DNA from: a virus
Taxonomy: Duplodnaviria > Caudoviricetes
Virus record (IMG/VR): IMGVR_UViG_3300038393_003169
Location: 1 to 42,792 of that record
Reading direction: 5' to 3' (one strand)
Length of the DNA: 42,792 nucleotides
How positions within the stretch are numbered: the first letter of the stretch is position 1; each line of letters opens with the position of its first letter. Under the pieces are notes generated by a model. The model had not been told where the DNA came from, searched no databases, and was given only the letters and a program-made list of their open reading frames with translations. Below, piece after piece: positions 25,905 through 35,909 of this stretch. The translations under genes and the position numbers were made by a program.

Positions 25905-26108
25905 ATGCGCCAGATCCGCGTACGCCTGACCGAACCGCACACCCACGCCGGCAAGGATCACCTGCCCGGCGCCGAGCTCACCCTGGCCGAACACGATGCC
26001 ATCTGGCTGACCGACCGCCGCAAGGCAGTCCTCGTGCGTGGCCGCCGTACCGAAACCCTCGACACCACTGACGGCGCCGACCGCCGCACCGGAGACCACC
26101 ATGAGTGA
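25905..26108 (+). CDS. Small virion-associated hypothetical protein
   Basis: VRLTEPHTHAGKDHLPGAEL...AIWL pattern; GGGAG RBS. Confidence 0.72.
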   Translation: MRQIRVRLTEPHTHAGKDHLPGAELTLAEHDAIWLTDRRKAVLVRGRRTETLDTTDGADRRTGDHHE

Positions 26109-26883
26109 CCAGGAACGCTTTTTCTACGGCCAGGGCCGCGTGTCGCTGGCCGAGCTCGATGCCACCACCGGCTTGCCCGGCAAGTTCGACTACCTAGGCG
26201 ACGTGAGCGCGCTGGCGCCGAAGTTCGCCACCGAAAAGGTTCAGCACAAGGAAAGCAACAGTGGCCAGCGTGGTCTGGCGGCGAGCTTCGACATCGACAA
26301 GACGCTCACCCTCGACATCACCATCCACAAGCTGGATGCGGACAACGTCGCCAAGTTCACCCGCGGCTCCGTCACGCAGACCGCCGCGGGTACGGCGACC
26401 GCCGAGGCGCTGGAAGACGAACTGGTCGTCGGCGACTACGTTTACCTCGACAATCCGGGCGTGAGCGACGTGGTCATCACGGACAGCGCCGGCACCCCGG
26501 CCACGCTCGTGGAAGGGACCGATTACAGCGTCGAGGATGCCAACTTCGGCCGTATCAAGATCCTCAACGTCGGCACCTACGTGCAGCCCTTCAAGGCGGC
26601 CTACAGCTACACCGCGTGCCGCAGCGTCGGACTGCTGAAGGCGGCGCAAAAGAACTATGCCCTGCGCTACGAAGGCATCGACCTGGCCAACAACGACGCG
26701 GCCGTGATGGTCGACTTCTACAAGGTCGCCCCGAGCGTGTTGCAGCAGCTGGACCTGATCACCTCGGGCAACGATGTGGCGGGTTCCCAGGTGACCGCTG
26801 ACGTGCTGCAGGACACCACCCGTTCGGCGGCCAGCGCCCTGGGCCAGTTCGGTTCGATCCGGTACGTCGGGGTCACGGCCTAA
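26101..26883 (+). CDS. Major tail tube protein
   Basis: FYGQGRV, LGDVSAL, HKESNSGQR, LRYEG; position. Confidence 0.87.
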   Translation: MSDQERFFYGQGRVSLAELDATTGLPGKFDYLGDVSALAPKFATEKVQHKESNSGQRGLAASFDIDKTLTLDITIHKLDADNVAKFTRGSVTQTAAGTATAEALEDELVVGDYVYLDNPGVSDVVITDSAGTPATLVEGTDYSVEDANFGRIKILNVGTYVQPFKAAYSYTACRSVGLLKAAQKNYALRYEGIDLANNDAAVMVDFYKVAPSVLQQLDLITSGNDVAGSQVTADVLQDTTRSAASALGQFGSIRYVGVTA

Positions 26884-26886
26884 GCC

Positions 26887-27369
26887 ATGAGCGAGCCGAA
26901 GGCAGCAAAGGATGCCCAGGACGACCTGGGCATCCTCTACCCCGAGCGGGAAGCGCAGATCGGTGGCCGCGCGATCGTCATGCGCGAATACGGCTTTCTG
27001 GAGGGCATGAAGCTCAACGCGCTGATTCAGCCGCTGGTCGACGGCATCGCTGCCCTGGCGCTCAGCGATCAGATCCCGGACCCCGACGCCCTGCGCCCGC
27101 TGTTCGCCGAGAACGCGGAAGCCGTGGTCAAGCTGATCGCCAAGGCATGCGACCAGCCGGAGGAATGGGTCGAGCGGCTGGACGACGAAGCGGGCCGCGC
27201 GCTGCAACTGCTCTGGTGGGGTGTCAACAACCATTTTTTCGGTCGGCGGGTGCTGCAGGCCGTGCTGCTGGACGGGGTCAAGGCGTCCGCTGGGTTGATG
27301 TCTTCGTTGCCCTCGGCGGCGGCGACTTCGACCACGAGCGCCTCGGCCGGCTCACCCGCCGCCAACTGA
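26887..27369 (+). CDS. Tail assembly chaperone (G-like)
   Basis: DDLGILYPER...REYGFLEG...LLWWGVNNHFF; between tube and tape measure. Confidence 0.82.
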   Translation: MSEPKAAKDAQDDLGILYPEREAQIGGRAIVMREYGFLEGMKLNALIQPLVDGIAALALSDQIPDPDALRPLFAENAEAVVKLIAKACDQPEEWVERLDDEAGRALQLLWWGVNNHFFGRRVLQAVLLDGVKASAGLMSSLPSAAATSTTSASAGSPAAN

Positions 27370-27494
27370 TCCTGCGATTCGAGGCTGTCAGCCGCGCGCG
27401 CCGAGCCGAGCGGCGCGATCGGATTTCGGACATCAACGCTGGCCACCACGGCGGCGACTTCGCCAAAAAACTGCTGAAGATGCTGGAGAACTGA
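27234..27494 (+). CDS. Tail chaperone T-like extension, probably made by -1 frameshift
   Basis: In-frame slippery heptamer T TTT TTC at 27234-27240; the -1 frame is open to 27494, 7 bp before the tape measure ATG. Confidence 0.6.
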   Translation, partial: FFRSAGAAGRAAGRGQGVRWVDVFVALGGGDFDHERLGRLTRRQLILRFEAVSRARRAERRDRISDINAGHHGGDFAKKLLKMLEN

Positions 27495-27501
27495 TCCCGT
27501 C

Positions 27502-30036
27502 ATGGCCGTCCAGGACTACGAGCTGCTGCTGCGCGTACGTGCGGACATGCTCCAGGCCATCAGTGGACTGGATGGCGTGCGCAAGCGCCTCGACAGCGTA
27601 GGGACGGAAGCAGAGCGAACCGGCCGCCGCACCGCCAGCGCGGTCGATGGCATCAACGGCAAGCTGGAGGCGGTCAAGCATGTGCTGGCGGGCCTGGCGA
27701 TCGCCGAGGGCTTCAAGGCGGTGCTCGATGCCGTCACCGAATCCCAAGATGCCATCGCCCAGCTCGACGCACGCCTGCGCTCGACGAAAGGCGCGGCCGG
27801 CCTGACCCGCGACGAGCTGATCGACCTGTCCGGCGCGATGCAGCAGCTCACCACCTACGGCGATGAGGCCGTGCTGGGGGCGGAGAACCTGCTGCTGACC
27901 TTCACCCGGATTCGCGGGCCGGAATTCAAGGAAGCCATCGCCACGGTGCTCGACATGAGCACGGCGCTGGGGCAGGACCTTAAGTCCTCGGCCACCCTGG
28001 TCGGCAAGGCGCTCAACGATCCCATCGCCGGCCTGAGCGCGCTCAGCCGTGTGGGCGTCACGTTTACCGACCAGCAAAAGGAACTGATCAAGGCGCTCGC
28101 CGAATCGGGGCAGACCGCCGAGGCGCAGAAGGTCATCCTGCGCGAGCTGCAGACCGAATTCGGCGGTGCGGCGCAGGCCGCCGCCGGCACGTTCGGCGGC
28201 GCGCTCAAGCAGCTGAAGAACGCCGCGGGCGACCTGCTCGAGGGTGACGGTGGCAACCTCCCGGAGACCGCCCAGTCGGTGCAGGAGCTCACAAAGACCC
28301 TGCAGGACCCGCAGGTGAAGGAAGGCTTCGCCACCCTGGTCAATGGCCTGGTGCAGCTCATTGGCCTCGCTGCGAAGGCTACGGCGGCATTTGCCGGTTT
28401 CGGTCGGGCGGTCGCCGACGCGTTCAAGGATGACGCGGACAAGTCGCTCGACGGCTTGTTGCAGAAGCGTGTAAGGCTCGAAGAGGAATTGTCCGACCGC
28501 CAGAAAATGCACCAGGACGAAGCGGTCGCCCGGATCAAGCAGGAGATCAAGGATCTCGACGCGCTTTACAACGCGCGGCTGAAGGCGAGCCGCGCGAGCG
28601 TGGCGCCCGTGCCGGCACCGGGCGCAAATGCGGCTGGCGCTGGGGCAGGGAAGGCGCCCGATGTCGAGACGATCACCGTCTACGCCCCGAAGGCCAAATC
28701 CAAGGCCGGAACGGCGGGGGCTGACAAGAGCAGCCAGTACCTGGCCGCCGCCGATGCGTTGCGCCAGAAGCTGATCGACCTGCAGGCGGCCTTAGACCCC
28801 ACGGCCGCCGCATGGGCCAGCTACAACAAGGCGGTCGATGAGGCGAACCGGCAGGCCGATCTCGCCAAAAAGGCGCCCGGTGCCAACGCTGCCGCGATCG
28901 ATGCCGAGCGGAACGCCATCGTCCAACTCGCGCAGACGCAGCGCGATGCGGCGCTTTCGAAGCTTTCCGACCAGGACCGGCAGGCCTACGAACGGCTGCG
29001 CGAGGAACTGCGCACGCCCACGCAGGTCGCCATGGAAAATGCGATCGCGCAGATCAAGCAACTGAACGCCGCACTGGATGCCGGCATCATCAAGGGCCCC
29101 GAGTACCAGCAGCAGCTGGCGCGCATCGGCCAGAACAGCGTGGTGGCCGCGCCGCAGTACCAGGGCGTCGATGCTGCCGTGGGCGGCCCCTATGGCGAGC
29201 TGATGAAGAACTTCCAGGCCGGCACCGACCTGGACGCGTGGCACCAGCAGCAGCTGGAAGCGAATGAGCAGTTCCGCCAGCAGGACCTTGCCAACGAAGA
29301 GGTCTACCAGGCGCGGCGCGCGGAGATCGATCGCCAGTACAAGGAACAGAGCACAAAGATCGAACAGTCGCGCCAGCAGCTCACGTTGACGTCGACTTCC
29401 GATTTCCTTGGGCAGCTGTCGGTGCTTCAGTCCAGCCACAACCGCAAGGTGGCCGCTCTGGGCAAGGCGGCGGCGATCGCCAAGGCCATCATCGACACGT
29501 ATCAGGCCGCCACGGGCGCCTACGCGGCGCTGGCGTCCATCCCCTACATCGGGCCAGCCCTTGGCGCGGCAGCGGCCGCAGCGGCCATTGCCGCCGGCCT
29601 GGCCAACGTGGCGCAGATTCGTTCGCAGCCGACCGGGTTTGCCGAGGGCGGATACACCGGACCGGGCGGCAAGTACCAGCCCGCCGGCATCGTGCACGCT
29701 GGCGAGGTGGTGTGGTCGCAGGATGATGTGCGGCGCGCGGGCGGCGTCTCGATCGTCGAAGCGCTTCGCCTCGGTCGGGCAGGGTACGCCGACGGCGGTC
29801 TGGTTGGCCCGATGGCCGGTACCAATGACATCGCCAGCCGGGGCACGCCGGTGCCGAGCGGCAGCGACCTGGCGCGCTCGGTGGGAGCCGGTGGCGGTGG
29901 CGACAGCACGCACATCCACGTTTGGAGCATCGAGGAAGCCGCGGAGAGGCTGGCAGAAGTGCCGAGCTTCCAGAAGGCGGTCATCCACATCGCGGGGGAG
30001 AACCCCACGGCGATCCAGGCAGGGTGGAACCGCTGA
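27502..30036 (+). CDS. Tape measure protein
   Basis: 844 aa Ala-rich helical; GKALNDPIAGLSALSRVG; GFAEGGYTGPGGKYQPAGIVHAGE. Confidence 0.95.
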   Translation: MAVQDYELLLRVRADMLQAISGLDGVRKRLDSVGTEAERTGRRTASAVDGINGKLEAVKHVLAGLAIAEGFKAVLDAVTESQDAIAQLDARLRSTKGAAGLTRDELIDLSGAMQQLTTYGDEAVLGAENLLLTFTRIRGPEFKEAIATVLDMSTALGQDLKSSATLVGKALNDPIAGLSALSRVGVTFTDQQKELIKALAESGQTAEAQKVILRELQTEFGGAAQAAAGTFGGALKQLKNAAGDLLEGDGGNLPETAQSVQELTKTLQDPQVKEGFATLVNGLVQLIGLAAKATAAFAGFGRAVADAFKDDADKSLDGLLQKRVRLEEELSDRQKMHQDEAVARIKQEIKDLDALYNARLKASRASVAPVPAPGANAAGAGAGKAPDVETITVYAPKAKSKAGTAGADKSSQYLAAADALRQKLIDLQAALDPTAAAWASYNKAVDEANRQADLAKKAPGANAAAIDAERNAIVQLAQTQRDAALSKLSDQDRQAYERLREELRTPTQVAMENAIAQIKQLNAALDAGIIKGPEYQQQLARIGQNSVVAAPQYQGVDAAVGGPYGELMKNFQAGTDLDAWHQQQLEANEQFRQQDLANEEVYQARRAEIDRQYKEQSTKIEQSRQQLTLTSTSDFLGQLSVLQSSHNRKVAALGKAAAIAKAIIDTYQAATGAYAALASIPYIGPALGAAAAAAAIAAGLANVAQIRSQPTGFAEGGYTGPGGKYQPAGIVHAGEVVWSQDDVRRAGGVSIVEALRLGRAGYADGGLVGPMAGTNDIASRGTPVPSGSDLARSVGAGGGGDSTHIHVWSIEEAAERLAEVPSFQKAVIHIAGENPTAIQAGWNR

Positions 30037-31235
30037 TGGGCTACGCCGCCGACACGCCTGTTCTCTGGCCCGCGCCGCCCAACTGGGCGAACGCCGTGCG
30101 GGAGACGTTGGCGTTCCTCACGGACGTCATGCAGGCCCCTACCGGCGGCCAGCAGGTGCGGGCGCTGCGCAATGCGCCGCGGCGCAGCTTCAGCTTCCAG
30201 GCGGTGATGGCAAACGACGCCCGCCGGATCGTGGACGCCATCCGATTCGACGTTGGCGCGCGACAGTTGCTGTGCCCGATCTATCCGGATGTGCAGTTTC
30301 TGACGTCGCCGCTGGCCAGCGGCGCGGTCAGCGTGCCTTGCCGCACCGCCGGCTTCGACTTCGTCGCCGGCGGCCAGGCGGTGCTGTGGGCCGGCATCAA
30401 TGCATGGGAGCTGGTGACGATCGACACGATCGCCGCCGATGCCATCACCCTGACGGCGGCTACCGCCCAGGCCTGGGGCGTGGGGACGCGCCTGTATCCG
30501 GTGCGTAAGGCGCGCTTGCAGAACGTGCCCAGGGTCGCCTCGCACAGTGGGGCGGTAGGGACGGTTTCGGTCCAGCTGTTGATCGACGAGCCGTGCGACT
30601 GGCCAGCCGCATGGCCCAGTGAGGCCACCTATCGCGGCGTGCCCGTGCTCGAGTGGCGCAACAACGAGGCGACCGAGCCATCGGACCAGTACGACCGCAT
30701 CAGCAGCGCCGCCGATGAGGACGTGGGCCCCGTGTTCTACACCGACCTGCCGGGCATGCCGTTCCGCTCGCAGTCGCAACTGTTCACGCTGATGGGCCGC
30801 GATGCCCACACCGCGTTCCGTTCGCTGGTCTACGCCCTCAACGGGCGCGTGGGGCAGGTCTGGGTGCCAAGCTGGACCGCCGACGCCGCTCTGGTCGCCG
30901 CGGTCACTGATACGGCGACGCAGATTCAGGTGCCGTGGATGGGCTACACCCAGTTCGGATATCTGCAGGCGAACCGCCGCGATCTGCGCATCGAACTTTA
31001 CGACGGCACCGTGCTGTATCGGCGCGTCACCGGCAGCGCCGAGAGCGGTGCCAACGAAGTGTTGCAGCTCGACAGCGCCCTTGGCGTGGCCATCGCTCCC
31101 GGCGATGTGCGCCAGATCAACTGGCTCACCCTGTGCGCGCTGGCCACCGACACCGTGCAGCTGGACCACGCCACCGACGCCGAGGGCGTGGCCCAGTCCA
31201 CGCTTACCTGGCAGGGGCTGAAAAGCGATGTTTGA
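30036..31235 (+). CDS. Distal tail/virion structural protein
   Basis: PPNWANAVRETLAFLTDV...RNAPRRSF; internal two-fold similarity; follows tape measure. Confidence 0.8.
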   Translation: MGYAADTPVLWPAPPNWANAVRETLAFLTDVMQAPTGGQQVRALRNAPRRSFSFQAVMANDARRIVDAIRFDVGARQLLCPIYPDVQFLTSPLASGAVSVPCRTAGFDFVAGGQAVLWAGINAWELVTIDTIAADAITLTAATAQAWGVGTRLYPVRKARLQNVPRVASHSGAVGTVSVQLLIDEPCDWPAAWPSEATYRGVPVLEWRNNEATEPSDQYDRISSAADEDVGPVFYTDLPGMPFRSQSQLFTLMGRDAHTAFRSLVYALNGRVGQVWVPSWTADAALVAAVTDTATQIQVPWMGYTQFGYLQANRRDLRIELYDGTVLYRRVTGSAESGANEVLQLDSALGVAIAPGDVRQINWLTLCALATDTVQLDHATDAEGVAQSTLTWQGLKSDV

Positions 31236-32103
31236 TGCCCTCGAAACCAGCGCCCGCGGTGGCCGGCCGGTCCACCTGTTCATCTTCACCCGGCAGGGGG
31301 TGTCCTGGCGCTACGCCAGCGGCGACCGGGACGTGGTTCTCGGCACCGGTACCGCCGCCAGAACCTACCTCGCCGCGCCCATCTCGCGCAGCGAGATCAA
31401 GCAGACAGTCGAAAAGGCGCAGGACAACATCACCATCGCGTTCCCTTACGTTCGCGATCCGAACGCCTTCCAGGTTCCCGTCACGCAGCCCTTGGGCGAC
31501 AACTGGCACCCGTTCATCCCCAGCGACCCGATCACCGTGACGTGCATGGCCTACCACGCCAATGACACGGACGGCCAGGCGGTAGTCGAGTGGATGGGCG
31601 AGGTGGCGCAGCCACGCTTCACCGACGGCAAGATGCAGCTCACCTGCCAGCCGGTGGGCGCGGCGGACCGCAGCAAACGGCAAGGCCCCAAGTTTGGCCG
31701 CGCCTGCTGGAAGACGACTTACAGCGTCGGTCTGCGTGGCTGCAACCTGGTGCCGGCCGATTTCCAGATAGGGGGCACGTTGAGCGCTGTCGATGGCTTG
31801 GTGCTCACGGCGTCCGCCTTCGCCACGTCTGCGTTCTCCCTGGCCGGAGCCTCCCTGAGTTGGACGCGCGCCGACGGCGTGATCGAGTCGCGCCCCGTCA
31901 TGTCGCACACGCTCGGCAGCAGCAGCGTCACGTTGCTCTACGGCGGCGCGGAGCTCGCGCCCGGTCTGGCCATCACCGCGCTGCCCGAGTGCCCCAAGAA
32001 CTGGCAGGCCTGCGCCGATCGCAACAACACCGACAACTATGGCGGAGCCATCTACAAGCCGGTCAAGAACCCATACCAAGGGCAGAGCATGACATGGGGC
32101 TGA
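31228..32103 (+). CDS. DUF2163/BR0599-like tail tip protein
   Basis: GGRPVHLFIF; Cys pattern RAC..YS...C...ECPK....C...NN..NYGG. Confidence 0.85.
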   Translation: MFDALETSARGGRPVHLFIFTRQGVSWRYASGDRDVVLGTGTAARTYLAAPISRSEIKQTVEKAQDNITIAFPYVRDPNAFQVPVTQPLGDNWHPFIPSDPITVTCMAYHANDTDGQAVVEWMGEVAQPRFTDGKMQLTCQPVGAADRSKRQGPKFGRACWKTTYSVGLRGCNLVPADFQIGGTLSAVDGLVLTASAFATSAFSLAGASLSWTRADGVIESRPVMSHTLGSSSVTLLYGGAELAPGLAITALPECPKNWQACADRNNTDNYGGAIYKPVKNPYQGQSMTWG

Positions 32104-32531
32104 AAAAAAACTTCGCGCGCTGGCGTTACAAGTACGGATGGCGGCTGCGCCACTGGTGGTTCGACACCCGCGAGGGCGCGCAGGCACGCGTGCTGGCGTG
32201 GTGTGTTGGGGTGCTGGTGGCCATCGTCATGCTGGTCCGCCATGTGGTGGCTGGAATGGCGCCGCCGGCGCCGGTGGATCCATTGCACCCTCAGCAGGCA
32301 ATCATCGTCGCGGTGGTGATCCTGATCGTGGCCCTGATCGTTGGTCTGGCCGTCGCGCTCACCATGAACAACAACAGCCCGCAGGTGCCCGAGGGCAACG
32401 CCAACACGCCCACGACAGAGGATGGCCAGAGCGTGCGCCACCACTTCGGCACGGTGTGGGAGGACGACACCTTCCTGCTGGCGTGGAAGATCGTCGGCAA
32501 GGATCCGATCAAGGCGGATGGCGGCAAATGA
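32094..32531 (+). CDS. Tail assembly protein with hydrophobic segments; start uncertain
   Basis: PTTEDGQSVRHHFGTVW motif of small tail-tip proteins. Confidence 0.7.
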   Translation: MGLKKNFARWRYKYGWRLRHWWFDTREGAQARVLAWCVGVLVAIVMLVRHVVAGMAPPAPVDPLHPQQAIIVAVVILIVALIVGLAVALTMNNNSPQVPEGNANTPTTEDGQSVRHHFGTVWEDDTFLLAWKIVGKDPIKADGGK

Positions 32532-32764
32532 CCACCGTCACCACCCGCCATCTGTTCACCATCCCGGGGTTCAGTAAGCGCCAGGGCTTTTGCCGCGGCC
32601 AGTCACGCGAATGGGCGCGGCGGCAGGGGATCGACTGGGCGGCCTTTGTCCGGGATGGCATCGACGCCGAAAAGCTCGAGGCCACGGGCGATCCGTTCGC
32701 ACTCGCACTGGTGCGCTGGGCGCGCGAGTGCGAGGCAAACGAGCAGGGAGCGCGCCATGGGTAA
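32528..32764 (+). CDS. Small tail assembly protein
   Basis: FCRGQSREW...IDWAAFVRDGIDAEKLEATGDPFA. Confidence 0.8.
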   Translation: MTTVTTRHLFTIPGFSKRQGFCRGQSREWARRQGIDWAAFVRDGIDAEKLEATGDPFALALVRWARECEANEQGARHG

Positions 32765-35432
32765 GGGCAGCAAGCCGACCATCGGGTACTGGTACCGCGT
32801 GCTGTTCCACGCGGGGCTTGGTACCGGCCCGATCGATGCCTTCCTTGAGTTTCGCGGGGGCGACCAGACCGCCTGGTCAGGCGAGCTCACGGCCAGCGGT
32901 TCCCTGAGCATCAATGCGCCCTATCTGTGGGGCGGCGAAAAGGACCAGGGTGGCATCGTCGGCGATGTCGACGTGCTGTTCGGCGAGGCCAGCCAGGTGC
33001 CCAACACCTACCTGCAGTCCATGCTTGGCTCGCAGGTGCCAGCGTGGCGTGGCCTTTCGACGCTGGTGTTCAAGGGCGGCCGCTACGGCGCCATGAACCC
33101 CTACCCGCAAAAGCCCGGGTTCAAGTTCCGCAAGATCACGAAGGGCTGGGAGGGTGACGCCTGTTGGTACCCCGAAAAGGCGCCCATCGGGCTCTCCAAC
33201 ATCACGACCTTGCCGGCTACCGCGAGCGGATGGTCTTACCAGGTGCGGGCGCAGCAGTCCAATCCGGGATTCGACGACTTGGCCATTCCGGCAAGTGGGT
33301 GGCTGGAGGATGCGCAGGGACCCTTTGGTGGTGGAACTACCGCGGCGGGCACGAATACCAGCTGGCCGATCAAGACGGTGCTATGGGTTCGCCGCTCGAT
33401 CACGGTAGGCGCCGGGGCCGGCCAGAACCTCGTGGTGACCGCCGAAAATGGCTGTCTGATTTTCATCAACGGCGCGATCGCAGGGGCTATCAACCGCGAA
33501 AATGCCGACATCCCCAACAACCAGAACAACGTTTTCATCTTTCCGGTTACCGCCGGGCAAACGTATGACCTGGCGATCAAGGCGTTCGACGAGATACTCC
33601 CGACAGGCGGCGGTACGTACCTCAGCGTGGAGGTGAAGGCTCCGGGCCTCACGGCCATGAACCCGGCGCATATCCTCTACTACGCGCGCACGCACAGCGA
33701 GCTCGGGCGCGAGCCGACCGCCAGCATGAACGACGCGAGCTTCCGCGCCGCCGCTGACTGGTTCTACAACCAGGCTTTCGGCCTGTGCACTGCATACGAT
33801 CCAGCCAACGAAAGCGTGGATCAGTTCATCCAGCGCGTCGAAAAGGTGGCGGGTTGCAGCATGGACCGAAGCCCGGTCGACGGGCAGTGGTACCTGGATG
33901 TCGCCAACGGCGTTTACGACCTCGATGCGCTGCCGATCCTCACGGACGATGACATTCTGGAGTTCGGCGAAACGCCGACCACGTTCGACGACGCGATCAA
34001 CAGCGTCAGCATCGAATTCTTCGACCCGCAGACCAAGCAGACCGTGGTGACGCCGCCGTTGCAGGCGCTGGCGCTGGTCAATGCCTACGGCCAGAACCCG
34101 GTCGTCACCACCTACCGCGAGCTGCCGTCCAGCGAACTCGCGCTGCGCGTGGCGCAGCGTGACCTTCTTGCCAGTATCACCCCCTCGCGAGCCTTCGAAC
34201 TGACCACGACGCGCAAGCCCTACGCGTGGCGTCGCAATACCTATTTCCGCCTGCAGGCACCCAAGCGCGGCATTGCCGACATGGTGTGCATCCTGGCCGG
34301 CTCGCAGAGCGGCACGCTCAAGAGCGGCGCGATGAAGATCACCGCGGCGCCAGACATCTACAGCCTGCCCGACAGTAGCTTCGTCGCGGTGGAGCCGGGC
34401 GTCGACACGCGTCCCTCGCCAATCCCGCTCGGGATCGTCAACCAGGCGGTGTTCGAGGCGCCCTACCTTGAGGTCGTGCAGCGCCTGAGCCGCGCGGACC
34501 TGGCCGCCTTGCCCGATGACGTTGGATACCTGATGGCGGTGGCGACTGATCCGTCGACCACCGGGAGCCGCGACTTCAGCCTCACCGTCTCGACTGATGG
34601 CGGCACCACTTATGCATCCACCGCCAACGGTGATTTCTGCCCGAGCGCACTGGTTGTCGAGGGAGATGCCCTGAGTGATGCCGCGCCGCGCACGAACTTC
34701 ACCCTCACTGGTGGCGCGGCGCTGTCCAGCATCGAGGTCGGCCAGGCCGCCATGTGGGGCAGCGAATGGTGTCGCGTGGACGCGATCGACGCCACGGCGG
34801 GCACGATCACCCTGGGGCGCGGATGCGCGGACACCGTTCCACAGGTGCAGGCGGCCAATTCGCGCATTTGGTTCTATGACGTGGCCGCCGCAGCCGATCG
34901 AACCGAGTACACCGGCGGCGAGTCCGTCGACATCGAACTGCTGACCAACACGGGCACCCAACAGCTCGACCCTTCGCTATCGACCTCGCTGTCCCTGACT
35001 TTTGACCAGCGGCAGTTCCGCCCCTATCCGCCGGCCAACCTCACGATCAATGGCAACCGCTACCCGTCCAGCGTGTCGGCCAGCGTGGCGCTGGCGTGGT
35101 CCCACCGTGACAGGGTTCTGCAAGCCGACCAGCTGATCGACACCCTGCAAGGCGACGTAGGTCCTGAGGCTGGCACCACCTACACCGTGCGCGTCTACCT
35201 GGACGGCGTGCTGGATAGTGAAACGACAGGCATCACCGGCACCGCAACGACTCCCGTGCTGAGTGGTGACGGCGACGTCGTCATTGCCATCAGCGCGGTA
35301 CGCGACGGCATCGAGAGCCAGCAGGCGTTGAGCGCGGCCTTCGCCTACACCGTCAGCCCAACCTCCCAACGCATCACTGAAGCCGGCGATCGCCGAGTCA
35401 CCGAGGCGGGCGACGCCCGTGCCCTGGAGTAA
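32757..35432 (+). CDS. Tail tip/hub (host-specificity) protein
   Basis: MGKGSKPTIGYWY, WGGEKDQGG, PAWRG, MNPAHI, RGCADTVP, RPYPP. Confidence 0.9.
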   Translation: MGKGSKPTIGYWYRVLFHAGLGTGPIDAFLEFRGGDQTAWSGELTASGSLSINAPYLWGGEKDQGGIVGDVDVLFGEASQVPNTYLQSMLGSQVPAWRGLSTLVFKGGRYGAMNPYPQKPGFKFRKITKGWEGDACWYPEKAPIGLSNITTLPATASGWSYQVRAQQSNPGFDDLAIPASGWLEDAQGPFGGGTTAAGTNTSWPIKTVLWVRRSITVGAGAGQNLVVTAENGCLIFINGAIAGAINRENADIPNNQNNVFIFPVTAGQTYDLAIKAFDEILPTGGGTYLSVEVKAPGLTAMNPAHILYYARTHSELGREPTASMNDASFRAAADWFYNQAFGLCTAYDPANESVDQFIQRVEKVAGCSMDRSPVDGQWYLDVANGVYDLDALPILTDDDILEFGETPTTFDDAINSVSIEFFDPQTKQTVVTPPLQALALVNAYGQNPVVTTYRELPSSELALRVAQRDLLASITPSRAFELTTTRKPYAWRRNTYFRLQAPKRGIADMVCILAGSQSGTLKSGAMKITAAPDIYSLPDSSFVAVEPGVDTRPSPIPLGIVNQAVFEAPYLEVVQRLSRADLAALPDDVGYLMAVATDPSTTGSRDFSLTVSTDGGTTYASTANGDFCPSALVVEGDALSDAAPRTNFTLTGGAALSSIEVGQAAMWGSEWCRVDAIDATAGTITLGRGCADTVPQVQAANSRIWFYDVAAAADRTEYTGGESVDIELLTNTGTQQLDPSLSTSLSLTFDQRQFRPYPPANLTINGNRYPSSVSASVALAWSHRDRVLQADQLIDTLQGDVGPEAGTTYTVRVYLDGVLDSETTGITGTATTPVLSGDGDVVIAISAVRDGIESQQALSAAFAYTVSPTSQRITEAGDRRVTEAGDARALE

Positions 35433-35440
35433 CCATACCC

Positions 35441-35863
35441 ATGACCGACAAGAAATTGAGCGACATCCGCAGCACCAACCCGGCATCGCCGCTCGACGGT
35501 ACTGAACTGGTGGAGTTCACCCAGGCCGGTGTCACCGTCGCCGGCACAGCGGCGGACCTCAAAGGCGCGCCCATGGGCATCAATGACCAGACGGGTAGCG
35601 CCTACACCCTGGTGCGTTCCGACGCAGGCAAGGACATCGTTTGCACCAGTTCGGTGGCCGTAACGCTCACGGTTCCGCCCAATGCGAGCGTGGCCTTTCC
35701 GGTCGGCACCGTCATCCACTTCTCGCAAGGGGGCACTGGCGCCGTCACCGCGGCCGCCGGCACGGGCGTCACGCTCGAGGCGCTGAACGGATTCACGACC
35801 ACCGCACAGAACGACGTGCGCGCTCTCCAGCAGGTTGCAATTGACGTTTGGAGGGTTTTATGA
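35441..35863 (+). CDS. Tail-associated adaptor-like protein
   Basis: MTDKKLSDI N-terminus; YTLVRSDAGK...TLTVPPNASVAFPVGT domain. Confidence 0.75.
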   Translation: MTDKKLSDIRSTNPASPLDGTELVEFTQAGVTVAGTAADLKGAPMGINDQTGSAYTLVRSDAGKDIVCTSSVAVTLTVPPNASVAFPVGTVIHFSQGGTGAVTAAAGTGVTLEALNGFTTTAQNDVRALQQVAIDVWRVL

Positions 35864-35909
35864 CGAGCCCGGCAGGAACGGCCTGGTGCTTTCCGAGCGG
35901 GTGCCGGGC

